DNA of 64,000 nucleotides from Vitrella brassicaformis CCMP3155 (Eukaryota; Protista; Chromerida): assembly GCA_001179505.1 (NCBI GenBank), contig CDMY01000305.1, forward strand, positions 456,233 to 520,232, given 5' to 3'. The position numbers and the translations under genes were made by a program. The notes beneath the pieces were generated by a model that saw nothing but the letters and a program-made list of their open reading frames with translations, ran no database searches and was not told the origin of the DNA. Of the stretch, positions 1 to 12,500 are shown piece after piece. How positions within the stretch are numbered: the first letter of the stretch is position 1; every line of letters begins with the position of its first letter.

Positions 1-3000
1 ATGGAAGGAGTGCGGGGCCGCGTGATCGCCGTCAGTATCTGCCGAGCATCACCGAGTGGAACAAAGAACGCAAGCAACTGGCACTGCAGTGAGCGGCACA
101 CGAAAAGATGATGGGTAGCAACGGCGTATATGGTACAAAGTTGTGAATGGGATCATGTCCGGTGAATGTGTGCACTGCAGGGAGTATGTCTGCGCGCAGG
201 ACGTGAGGCGCCATTTGGCACAACCCAAGCTCCTCGACGCCGCACTGGTGCGTGCGGGGCTGAAAGATACCGAATGGATCCATACGCTGTACACGTCGTG
301 TGTCTTTCTTCTCTTCCAACAGGGAGAGGATCTGCTCAGGGAGGATGAGGACCTGACAGCTGCACGGCGACAGGTACTTACTGCAGGGCCCGCGGAGAAA
401 TCCACAATGAGCACACCACTCCGCTGTCCCGTTCGTTGCATGTGCGCGTGTGTGCAGTGGGAGAGTCATTTGTGGGGTCAGATATCTTGTCTGAAGGAGC
501 AGGTGGGCGGACTCATCGACCGGTGGACTGTCGAAGAGCAGCAGCAGCGGGAGCAACTCAAACACACCACCGAACAGGTCAATACCAGACGATTTGTGAC
601 GCATGCTTGAGTGATGCCCGACACGTGTGGGTGGGTGCAGTCGCTGGCCACCTTCAAAGAGGTGGCAAGACAGGAGTTCGACATACTCGCCAAAGAGGAG
701 GTGGCACTGCGCAAACAAGAGGCGCCCTCACACATGTATGTATGATGCACGTCCGCGTGTCCGATTGCAGGCAGCACTGTCCGCCGGTCTGAAGGACCTG
801 AGCCGCCGCGTCCACAGCTGGACTGACGGGCCCCCCACGCCGCACAGCAGCAGACCACGGCCATCACGACCTGCATCCGCGAGGCAAGGCAACCGCACAG
901 AACATGCTGCAGCACACCAGAAGAAGACATTCCTTCCGCCCTTGCTGTTTGTTGCAGGGTGCGAGGTTCCTCGTTGTCGCATCGCAACTCTGGCGACCTT
1001 GGTCCGTCACAGGGCACGCTGACATCGACGGCGGCTCGTCTGCGGCTGTGGCGAGAGCAGTCTGAGCACCCCAGGAGCAGGGGAAGGAGGAAGGCACTGT
1101 CCATCAAGGACCAGTTAGAGCAAGGTCGGCAGCACCAGGCAGCGGGCATCACAGCGCCATGGTGCGTATCCTGTTTCCTTGCTGTTGGTTTGCAGCATTG
1201 GCGTGCCTGGAGGGCGTGAAGGAGGAGCTGAGGGGCGTTGACAAGGAGATTGAAACCAAGGGCGGCATACTGGTGTGTTACGAATAACCCACCCGCACCA
1301 CACACAAACATGAGTGTGTTGAAATGAAATATGCAGGGTGGCTGGAGAGAGGATGACCACCAGATCTTCCTGAAGGTCAAGACCGCCTGCCGTGACCACA
1401 TACACACACAGGTACATCCATCCATCCATCCACCTTCATGGCCGCCATATCTCCGTTTCTGCAGTCTTTCATGGACCGGCTGCTCTTGTCGCTTCCCAGT
1501 CGGACTCGCGAGGAGGCCGCGGCGCACATTGAGTGGTACGACCACTTCGCCATCCTGCAGGCGGAGCGGCGGCTGCTCATACAGAAGTGGCGGTCCCTCA
1601 AGCAGCAGATACACAGGCACCAGAGTAGACTGCAGCACAGCGAGGAGGCCAAAGACCCGCTGCTCGATGACATGCACGTACACACAACACAGGCGGACGG
1701 GGTGCCACATGGGTGATCAAGTCAAGTCGATGTGTGTTTCCTTCCCTTCCTTCAGCTGACGCCAGCGGAGGAGCGCTATCGCAGAGAAAAGCAGGAGGCA
1801 AGCTAAGCTCGATGGATGTATCAGAAGAGTCCGAACGAAGATGGCCATGTGTTTCTGCCTTTCTGTCTGTGTTGCCCTGTGAATGGCTGGCAGGAGAGAG
1901 AGAGTCGCCAACAGGAGGCCAAGAGGCGGAGAGTGCAGGAGTGGAGACACATGAAAAGTGAGCTCTTCAAGTGGAGCCAGCCAGTCCATCTCTTGGCAAC
2001 CCCACACCATGTATACCGTGGGCATCAGACAGACACAACTGATGTGTGTGTGTATGCTTCAGATACGGAGGAGGCCCAGCGTCGCGAGGAGGAGGAGAAG
2101 CGGAGAAAGGAGGAACAGCGCAGACACAAACTGCGCTCTCGGAGGTAATGCATGTGATGAGAGAGACTGCAGACGGAGAGACCAACATACTTGACTTGCT
2201 CATTTGGCTGGCGTCTGCACACATGCGTGTCTCTCTGTCTGTCTGTCTGTCTGTCTGTCTGCAGGGAAGCGGAAGAGCGGCGAGTGCTCCTGCGGGCCAT
2301 CTACCACCACAAACAACAACAGCAGTACATCCAGCAGGTCAGTCACCAGCCAGACACACAGACAGAGACACACGAAGGCAGGCCAAGGGATGATGTAACA
2401 TGTCGTGTCCCAGCTGGCTGATGCCGCCAAGGCGACCATGAGGCCCACACTAACTGCCGAGGACAGACAGCGACTGAGGGATCGCGAGCAACAGTGAGTT
2501 GGTTGAATCCCTCCCGCATCATTTGGCCCACCCTATAGATATGTCACCCACATCTTACCTATCAGGTTGTTTGAGCGTCGTTTGCGTGACGTAGAGGAGC
2601 TCCGGCGGCGCTCACAGTCGCAGGCCGCCAGCCCCCACCAGGGCCGGTCGGTCAGTGCGAGATACGCACACATCGACGCCAGACTTCTCGACGACACAGG
2701 TAGGTACAATTGTGAATGAATGGATGGATCCATCCATCCGTGTGGGCGGCTTGGCGTCAGTCAGTAAGCCATTGTTCTGCCTGCCTGTCTGCCCACCATC
2801 ATGATGCAGAGTCCCATGCGTCTCGTCTCGTGACGATCCAGATTGAGCGGGAGGAGCGCATGGGAATGCGGCCGTCGGCCCACACAGCAACGTGAGCAAC
2901 CGAACGCAAATTAAGTGCACCCATCACCCGCCGGTGTCTCCCCGTATCTCTCTCTGTGTGCAGGATCGCGGGCAGCTTCGGCCACCGTCTGCCCGAGACC

Positions 3001-3066
3001 ACTCGCCGTGTGCGGGCGACGCCCTCCTGGCGCAATGTCGCGGCCGCTGCAAACTCGATGCAGTGA
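1..3066 (+). CDS. CCDC112: CCDC112-like coiled-coil protein, multi-exon, 5' end probably outside the window
   Basis: Spliced exons give GGWREDDHQIFLK (~1336-1375), AHIEWYDHFAILQAERRLLIQKWR (~1522-1592), RYAHIDARLLDDT and terminal RRVRATPSWR...MQ* (TGA 3064-3066). These resemble CCDC112 motifs (GGW..DH..FLK, HE.WY..Y..L...K...I..W, C-terminal RA.P.WR) recalled from memory. Confidence 0.75.
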
Positions 3067-3674
3067 CTGAGTGACTGACTGACTGACTGACACAGACCGG
3101 GAGACAGGACGGGAGGTCTACCGATGTGCCGTGACGGGGCAGCTGCATGTCGACAACTGGCGTGCCCAGGGACTCGTGAGCATGTGATGTGCACATGATG
3201 TGTGTGAATGAATGGAGTGGGGTCAAACACCTCAACCTCGATTGGTCTGACACACGCCACATCGGCAGAAAAGAGCTGACTGAAAGGATGAATCACTAGC
3301 TAGCTGCAGATGTCGCATCCCGTGCGATCGATGCTGTGCGTGCCGTGTGTCTGTACGTCCGTCCGTCCGTCCGTCGTGCACTCACTGACTGACACGGATG
3401 TTCGGTCATGATATGCTGCAGGTCAGTCAAGTCGTGGGTATTGCAATCATTGACTGATCGAGTGGTCAATGGTATGGATGTCTCGCTTCGGAGAAAGTAT
3501 GTAGCGCTGCGTCCCCTCTCCCCGGTTCATAAAAGAGCCTGCCTGTGATGTGCGTGCGTGTTGTCGTGTCTTTCCTTCCCCCCGGCCATGCAGCCCAACC
3601 CGAAACACATATACATCTTCCCCTTTATCACTCCTGCCGTCCCTCCCTTCCGGCCCCGCCCCCTCATTAGTTAA

Positions 3675-4892
3675 TTAAGGCATGCCGGTGCCGTGTGTGC
3701 CGACACAGAAGCTCAGCGACCGCAGCCACAGACGGCCCTCAGCACCACCGACACCACCCGCACCATCGCCCCCCGCCGCCCTGCCCATGTCACGCTCTGT
3801 GTGTGGGGCAGCTGGGCGACGGCTGCCGGTGGCCCTGGCGCGTACGGGAGTGGTCGAACGAGACCTGACACAACACCACAAAGACCCGCCGCACAGCACA
3901 CACACGTGTGGGTGGGTGGCTGAGCGGTTTGCCATGGCCGTGAGTGGTAACTGACCTTTTCAGCTGTGTGATGGGGGCTGGGTCTTCCGAGTGCATCACG
4001 GAAGCAGGCGGCTCACTCGGCAGCACCGCAGGCAATGCTGGAATAGACGGCAAGGCTGACCAACACACACACACACACACACATTGTACACTCGCATGCC
4101 AGGATGCACCTTGGCCACCGCACCGTTCATCGGCGTCTTATCGTTCCGTTGGGGGCCCGTCAACTCAGCTATGGTGGAGATGGTCTCTGAGAAGAGCGTA
4201 CACAGGTGACGTAAAGAGCATGGCTCTCGATTCATTGTCCCTGCCACTCCCTACGTGTGTGTTTGTGGCTTCTGTCGGTGAGGGGCCAGGCGGCCATGTG
4301 GGTGGTGCTGGTGCCCCGCAGCTGTGCGTGCAGAGCCTCCTTGAGCAACTGATTCTCCTGGACGAGGGCATCGTTCTTGCGCACCTGCACACACATACGA
4401 GCCATCCATCCATCAGGTGTGTGGGTGGGTCCTCTGTGGGATTGTGTACCAGCTCTTGGTCGGATTCTCTGCGCTTGTCCTTGCGCAGCAGCATCTCGTA
4501 GATCTCACACCGCTCGCGCATCTCATCCTGACAACACACACACACACACACACAAACACACAATGCACACACACGCACAGTACCACCACACACAGCATGG
4601 ACTGCCGCCCCGTTCCACTCCCTGCCTCACCATAGCTGCCTGCCATGCCTCCCAGCCGTCCGTGAGTATGTCCGCCTGCACACCCACCCCCACACACGCC
4701 TTCGCAGCCACACGCACTATCGACGCACCGCCACCGAGGCGAGCTGCGGTTAGGGGCGGCGTCAGAGGACTCTTGGTCGGTGAGGCGTCCTTCTGGTGCG
4801 CTGTGGTCGTGAAGAGTCGGCCGGGGAGAGAGCCGCGATCGCCCATAATGTCAGGGATGGCGAAGGGCCGGGTGTCTTTGAGAGTCCTGACA

Positions 4893-4925
<33 letters not shown>

Positions 4926-6295
4926 GGATGCATGGGTGTGGATGTTGGGTCTGTTGGTTGATGGTGTTGGTGTGTACTTGATCTCGTCCTGGAGGCTCTT
5001 CTCCTTCTGCAGCCACTTGTCCTGGAGGCGCTTCTCCTTCTGCAGCCACTCCTTCTCTGACCGACAATTAATGACACCCAGAATGCGTCCATGGGTGGGC
5101 GGGTGTTGTGAGTGTGCTGATACGTGAATGCCTACCCTCCCTGTCGCGCTCTCGTTTGCTATCATTGTCGACCTTCTCGGCACCATCAGTCCGTCCGCGA
5201 TGGTAGATCAACACACGCTCTGTGTCCGTCATCTGCTTGGCCTTATCGAGCTCGTCGTGCAGGGCTTGGTTCTCCTGACGTAGGGTCGAGTGCACACACA
5301 GGTCTCATTCTGCTGTTGATGCACACTTGCGTACCTTTCTCAGCCTTTGGCCGGTGTCCTCGCTGCGGCGTATGGCGTCACCCCTCTCCCTCAGGGCGGC
5401 CCGCAGCTGCTGCACACGCGACTCCTTGGCAGCCAACTTGGCAGCGCTGCATGAGTGGATGGATACACAGACACATGGATGGATGGAGAATGAGGAGGGG
5501 CGCGGTGCGTACCATGTGTGTTGCAGCTCCTTGTACCATCTGTCCTTGGTATCCAGCTGCCGCTTCAACTCCGCGATCTGATGAGTGACGCACACACACA
5601 CACACACACACGCACACATCAGCACACACACAGCACAAAGCATCAACACACGTGGCCACAGTCGTCATGCCCACCTGTACATAGGCCTGTTCCCGCGCCT
5701 CCTTCTCGGCCGCCTTGCTCAGCTCATGATCCCTCGCCAAGTCCGCACACCGCCCCGCCTCCATCTGCGCCGCCCTCTCACGCTCGGCGCGATGCATCTC
5801 TGTCAGATCCTGCGTCGGCGGCAGATCATCCCGCCGCACCGACTGCACCCACGGCATCCTCTTCTCCCCCTCCCTCGCCCTGTCCATGCTCGGCCCCCCA
5901 CCGCTGCCGGCCTCATGACCACGACCATGCAGCAGCGAGCCCTGCGACGGTGCCTCGGCCATTTGCCGCTGCTGATGCTGCTGCTGCTGCTGATGGTACT
6001 GGCCACCGTGGCTCACAACTCCATGATGATAGCGGATAGGTAAGGGAGATACGTTATGGCGCTGGACGGCGTTGCGCATGGGGGAGGGGTTGACTGGGAT
6101 GAACGACGAGTGGGGCGGGGGCGAGGCTACGGCCATGTTTGAGTAGGGAATGAAGGCGGGAGGGGTGACGTGGCGACCTGCAATGGATAACGACGAATCC
6201 AGTGAGAAACGCATGTGCATCCACTGTGCGTCTGGTGGGTGAGGCTGCTTACCATCCCGAGGCGTGTTTGGCGAAGGCAAGTGACCTGCCACCAT
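3675..6295 (-). CDS. Hypothetical coiled-coil protein with Q/H-rich N-terminus, multi-exon
   Basis: ATG 6295 (MVAGHLPSPNTPRDG|gtaag). Exons encode heptad-rich segments (IAELKRQLDTKDRWYKELQH, AAKESRVQQLRAALRERG, ENQALHDELDKAKQ, DEMRERCEIYEMLLRK). The 3' end at TAA 3675 is tentative. Confidence 0.6.
4986..5052 (-). repeat. 33-bp tandem duplication inside a coding exon (WLQKEKRLQDK / WLQKEKSLQDE)
   Basis: Two near-identical copies of tcctggaggc.cttctccttctgcagccact on the + strand. Confidence 0.85.
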
Positions 6296-6503
6296 CGTAA
6301 AAGGACAACGTCAGTCACGTGCATTTGATGGATGCATCCGCAGAGGAGCTCCTCATCTAGTACTTGATGCGATGTATTCCCTCCCGCGCATGAGCCCGAC
6401 AAAAAAGGAAAGCGCGACTTTCGCTAGGGTTCCCCAACCCTAGACCCCGAGCCTGGTCGAACGAATCGCTTTCAAGTGGATCATCCTGGCTCTTCATCTC
6501 CAG

Positions 6504-8165
6504 ATGCAGCAACAGCAACAGCAGGAGCAGGAGCAGCATCCCTTCTCGTATATCTTCGTTGGCCGCCGCACCTTCTACGTCTTCAGCAGCATCAAGGACA
6601 TCGTGCGGCTGAGGGCCACCTGCACATGGCTCAGAGAACTCTTCGGAGCGGCGCAGCTGCGAGATCGGCTTCGCCACTCTGTCGGCTCAGTAAGCCCAGC
6701 GAGCAGCAGCAGCACCCCGTGTCATACCTATGTGTCGGCCGGAGGAGCCGCTACCTCCTCAGCATCAAGGACATCGTGCGGCTGAGGGCCACCTGCACCT
6801 GGCTGAGAGAGCTCTTCGGAGCGGCACAGCTGAGAGATCGGCTCAGCCACTCGCTGGGCTTACAGGCGGGGCTGCGGCGGGTGGTCAACGGGCAGCAAGT
6901 GCAGCTGCTGCGGTTCGACGACGACCACTTCGGCACATATGATCTGCTGGCGGCTGTGTGTGTGATGGAGGAGGGGAGCTGGGTGGAGATCGGCGAGATC
7001 ATTGATTGGGCGGGGCAGTGCGGCAACTGTGACCTGCCGGTGACCCTCATGGCAGATGACATCAACACACACGGCGACAAGACGGTAAGACACACACACA
7101 CAGGGGGTGGGAGAGAACAGAGAGGCCTCATCCATTCCCTCTGTGTCTGTCTGTGTGTGTGTGGTCCTGCGTGTAGGCGTATAGTTCGGTAGCTCGTGTG
7201 TTGGCGCAGCTGATGGTGGTCGGCCGCCACGTTGTTGGCCTGCAGATCTTCGGCCATGCCAACGGTGAGGTGCGGGCCATCGTCAACCCGCCCCTCCCTC
7301 CCCACCATCTGTATCAGCGGCACCGCATTCAGCATGACCCACCAGTGGCCAGCGACCTGTGCGAGTATGCGTCTCTGTCGTCGTTGGCCAAGTGCAACAT
7401 CCTCAGCCTCTTCGCCTGCACTCACCAGCCCAATCGCACATTGACTAGACTCTACAGGTAACACATCAATGGCATCAGTGGGTGAGGGTGTGTGTGTTTG
7501 ATTGTGTGTGTGTGTGTGTGGTTGGTTCAGGCGTGTTGGTGGCGGCCGTCTGGATGGCCTCCTCAACCAGTCGCCCCACACACCAGTGGCCGGCTGCACC
7601 ACCACACTCAGCTGTCACGGCAATGTGCGGTGGCTGGTGCTCACCAACAGCAGCGACCCCTTCGTCGCATGGATTACCATGACGGATCGAAACAACCTCA
7701 GTCAGGCCGGCAGATAGACGGCTCTGCTCGTCAAATGTTATCACTGTTTTTCTCTTTCTGACTGTCTGCAGTGAGTGTTGCTGTCATGACGACCGAGGCG
7801 CCCGTGGCGTGTGAGAGCAGTGCCTTCAAGGACCGCTTCCCCGTCACCACTCAGCTGGCCCGTGTGACTCTGGGGCGAATGGCGCCATACGTCTTCGACG
7901 GACAAGTAGACGATGACAGCGACGATGACAGCGACGGTGCGGTCAGGGGAGGGAGGGACACACACATGGTGGCGATGGATGGATGGATGGATGGATGGAT
8001 GGCATTTTGTCTCTGTCTGTCTTTTTGTATGGTGTAGATTTCGACGGCCATGGCGGCGGTTGGGATGATATGGACGACGACAGCAACGGAGAGGGCGGCG
8101 GAGGTATACGGGAAGGTCAATCCGCATCACTTAGACGTCTGTGTGTGCCCGGGGATGGTAGGTGA
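6504..8165 (+). CDS. Lineage-specific protein (SIKDIVRLRATCTWLRELFGAAQLRDRL type) with acidic tail; 5' module duplicated out of frame
   Basis: Exons ~6504-7084, 7177-7458, ~7531-7710, ~7771-7967, ~8039-8165 with GT-AG introns; D-rich C-terminus. No recognised catalytic motif. Confidence 0.55.
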
Positions 8166-9562
8166 GGATGCATTTGCCGACGAGGGGAATGGGGACTGAT
8201 CAATCCAACCAGTCCATCAATACCGGGACACCACAGGTACACACGCCACATGGTGCCGCCGAACTTTCTGTCTGTATGCCATATGCGTCTGTGTTTGTCT
8301 TGGCAGAGTGTCTAGATAGCTGTCTGCAGCTGCTGGCTGCCCGAATCGACTCATGGCTGTCTGTAACAGAGAGAAGTCGTATATCACCTTCTCTGTAGAG
8401 AGACCAGCTGACACATGGATGACTCAATGGCTGTGGGTGGGCGACCTGTCTGCCTTGCTCCATCCATGTGCACTTCCCTCCCTCCCTCCCTCTCTCCCTC
8501 CCTCTCCTCCTCTCTGTGTTGAAACTTATGTGTCCTGCTGGCTGGCTTCGTGCCTGGCTGGGTTCGAGTGTGTTGTGCTCCACTGCTGGCCGGTTTTGAC
8601 CTTACGCCTCGGCCTCTGTGTGTGTGTGTGTGTGTGTGTGTGAGGCCTGTCTGCCTGACCCGCTGCCTGGGTGATTCACATGGAGTGAGACCTTCTTACA
8701 TGGTATTAACGGCACACATACCACCCTCCAGGTTTCTCCCACACCAGTTGGCCAACGAGCTGCATTGGGCTGACTGCCCGGCTGTGTCTGTGTGTGTGAT
8801 GGTGTGGATGGACAGAAATCAACACAGGTGTACACACTCCAACATTCCTTGGCTGCCGTGTCCATCTGTTTTTGCCCCTCCCTCCCTCTCCGTCTGGACG
8901 GCTGAGCGGTCGGTGCTTTTGGTGGGCTGATGATTGACATCTTCTCTCTCTCTGAATGGCACAGACAGATGTGACACAGACAGACAGACAGACAAACAGA
9001 CAGGCCGATCGACGCACCACACACACGTTCTTTGTTTGTCCATCCATTGATCCACCTGCGACGCATTGTTTGCTCCATGCACACACACATCATACATCAC
9101 ACGTACGTGGCAGTGTGTGTTTCACAGTCGTGGTCCATCCACTCACACCATCACATCAGACGGACAGACAGACAGACAGACCGACAGGCCGCTTCGATGC
9201 AGTCAGTTGGTTTTGCCTACTTGTTGGTTCCCTGGGGCTGTGTGCGGCTCCTGCATGGCACATCCGGTCATGTATCTGTAAGCATACGCAGCAGCACACC
9301 CTGCTTGGTCTGCGTGTGTGTGTCGCTCCAGCATGGGCGTCCCCCTGTGTTCCCTTTTTAGGCATGTGGCTGCACTTCCCGCATCACCCATATGTTTCCG
9401 TGCGCTCCATTATTCAGGCGGCGGAGCCTCACGAATGGACTCCGTATGTCTTTGAAAGATCCATGCACGCGCGTGAAAATCAGTGACCCAAAACACATGA
9501 TCCAGCTCACGTTCGCAAAGCCTGCCTGCCTGTCTGCGTGTCTCGCATGTGTGTTCAGTCAG

Positions 9563-12500
9563 TCAGTCATCAAAGTGTCCCTGTTCGTACACTGGCCCCG
9601 ATGCTCGTGCAGAAAACTGCTGGCGACAGACGGGGCAGAGCCGCTGACTCTTGTCAGGCAACGCCTTCAGTGACTCGAAACAACCTGAACGAAGCAATGC
9701 ACACACAGCCTTATCGCCAGCCTTATCGCTTCCCGTGTCCTTCCTGCCTGCCTCCCTGGGTTCTCACACGTACCCTTGCAGAGGCATTTGTGTCGACACG
9801 GCATGAGCACGACGTCATTTCGCTCGGCAAAACACGCAATGCACCATGTCTCGCTCCGCTTGGCCTTTTCTCTCTCATCTTCGAGTTGCTGCTGAATCTC
9901 CTGGATCTTGATTGCCGTCGCCTTCTCGTGTTTGCGCAGCTATTCGGCCGCCTCCCTCTCCCTGGCCGCCTTGGCGTCCTCGATCCGGCGCTCGACGTCA
10001 CGCTGGAAGTGGGCATTCTCCAGGCGTTTCAGGTGCTCTGTGGCTAGCTTTGTCAGCTCCACGAGACGCTGGCTCTCCCGCAGGGCAGTCTGCTGGAAGG
10101 AAGCTACATCCTCGGGTGACTTGAGGGCGTGGAGCTTGGCCTTGGTCAATCTGAAAGACAAAGGAAGGGACCGTGATGTGTCTGTGTCTCTCTGTGTCTC
10201 CGTGTATTTGTGTGTAGTGCATCGCGAGCAGCTGTCATCTACCGGCTTTCTTCGCGTTGTTTGAGCTCGCTGTTCTGGTCACTTAGACCACAGAGCCGCA
10301 TCGCGGTCACCTCGCGGCGTGTCACAGCTTTCCCAACCTCACAGGCCAGCCTGAAGCAGCAGCGTGCAGTCAATGCAAGGAAAGAGCACGTGATCATTGA
10401 GTCGCTCACCTGGCGATGTCCTGATTGATATTCTCCAGCTTTTGCGAGGCCATCGCGCACTGGTCAGGGATGTCAAGATCGCTGCTCTCCAGGTCCTCAA
10501 GCCACGCGACGGGAACGGCTGCAGCCGGCTGGATGGATGGCGGACGGATGACAGGGGAGGGAGTCCGAGCTGCAGGACCAGCTGATGTCGCGTTGGCTGC
10601 ATTGGGGCCCTTGGTGAGGTGCAGAGCTCGCTGCAAGCACTCGCCGATGACTGACTGCAGTTCATTGTAGCGGCCGTCTATAACGCTCTGGAACAGCTTG
10701 ACGTCGTCAGCGGAGGCCTTGAGGGCCAGCTCGTCAACACTTAGGCTGAATGAAGGCATAAAAGGAGCATTGATGTGTGTGGGATTGGTGTGGGCCCATG
10801 TCTCGTGCGTGTGTGTACATGGGATTGGCCATCTCGAGTTGCTCGTTTTCTTGGATCAGCCGCTGCTCCTTGGCTTCAGCCTCGTCAGCCATGCCCACCT
10901 CTATTTCCAACTTGCGCTCCAGCCTGAGTGATAAATACACTCAGCCTCTCGGTGAGGAAGGCTTTGATTGTCATGCATTCCTACCCCTTCTTCTGCGACT
11001 CGGCTGCGATGGCATCCGCTTTGATGGCATCCCATTGATTCGCGGCCGCCTGCATCGATGCGACGATCGCCTTCTGCTCATCAGCAGCAGCGCTGCAGAC
11101 AGACAAATGAGCATACGCGTGCCGGGTGTTCGGAAATAAAAGGTCAATCCTTACTTGCCAGAACGGAAGGTGCCAGAACGGGCCGACTCGGGATGGAAAG
11201 AAGACCTGAAAGGAAAGAAACGGCAGACGTGGAACAGCCAGATGATCCCGGCCACAGATCATGAGCTGTTTGCTGCTCTATCTATGGTTACGAGCTTGAG
11301 GGCTGCATCGATGGCACATCCTCATCGGCCAGTCTTTTGTTCTTCTTCTTGCCTCTCCTGGTCTTGCGCCATCGCGACTGGCTACCAGGCAGCCTGGAAA
11401 CGACAAGAAAGAGCTGGCTGTAGAGTCCTCTTGCAGCCAATCAATGCCTTACTCGTCCGCGACAGTTGCGTCCCTAGAAGGGCTGCTAGGTGACTCATCC
11501 TCGCACATGTCGCCGCGGCATTCCTCGCTTCCTTTCTCTCCCGCGTTAGGTGGACAGTGCGGCGACGCATCCTCCGGCCCCCTGTTTTTTCCATACCCTC
11601 TCTAACCTTGCGGCTCTCTTTGCGAGCGACGTCAAGAGCCGTCAAACCCCAATCGTTGACAACCTCGGGGTCGACTCCTCGTTTAAGCAACCACCCGATC
11701 ATGCCAGACCAGCCATAACGAGCCGCGAGGTGAAGCAGCGAGTTGCCCTTGTGGTCTCGGCAGTGCAGACTGAGGATGGGCCCCTGTCTCCTCCCTCCCC
11801 TTTTCTTGCCGGTGCCGCGCGTCAGTCCTCGCGCCTCCAGGACGTCGAGGACGGCCACTGCACGTGACTGCATCCTCTGGTTGTCGAAGGTTCCTGGTCC
11901 AGTCTCAACCGTTATGGGGATGGGATTCTTCTTGCTGCCAAAGGGCTCGTCATCGCCCTCATCTTTCTGCTGATCTTCTGGGTGGGAAGTGCCACCCTTG
12001 TCGGGGCACTTGCCCTTGCTGGCGGCGTTCTTCCGCCCATTCCTTTTGCTCTGGGGACCTGCACCGCATAGGGAGACACGAAGTGCCTATCTGCGCATCG
12101 ATGGTGGTCGATTGACTGACTTGTGTGCACTAATTCGATTGCTGACCTTCTGAGTCCTTTTTGCGGTATTTTGGTACCACTAAGGGCGCCCCGATGCAAA
12201 TGAGCTGCAGAAGGTTCAAACTATCGGCCGAAGACCGGACCCCTGATCGATTCATCATGGAATCACTAGTGGAATGCGTGTGGTGAAACGGACACGTTTC
12301 ATTTGCGCGTACCTTTGGATTGCGGAGATGCAGATGCTGCCTGCACCTCAAAGCGGTCTGTGGGATCGACCTGCGGCAACTCCAAGAGATAATCCAGAAT
12401 CTCTGCGGACTGCCACATGGCGGCAGCGGCTGAACAGCAACAGATGATACAACGTACTAGGTTATTAATTCGCGGGACATTCTCGTAGATACCGACGGCG

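Noticed and set aside
478-1710. 410-aa minus-strand ORF and similar long ORFs (e.g. 40531-41673 +, 43320-44345 +, 50993-51604 -, 56640-57542 +)
   Set aside because: Antisense shadows of real genes in GC-rich DNA; they read through microsatellite introns (VCVCV, HTHTH) and have no motifs.
8200-9540. Possible gene between the 6.5-kb gene and the RING gene
   Set aside because: Only short microsatellite-laden ORFs; no consistent exon chain or motif.
9940-9942. Ciliate-like reassignment of TAG to Gln
   Set aside because: This is the only in-frame TAG I met across thousands of confidently coding codons, and another gene appears to end in TAG (23378-23380). Reassignment would give many. The excess of TGA stops fits a GC-rich genome.
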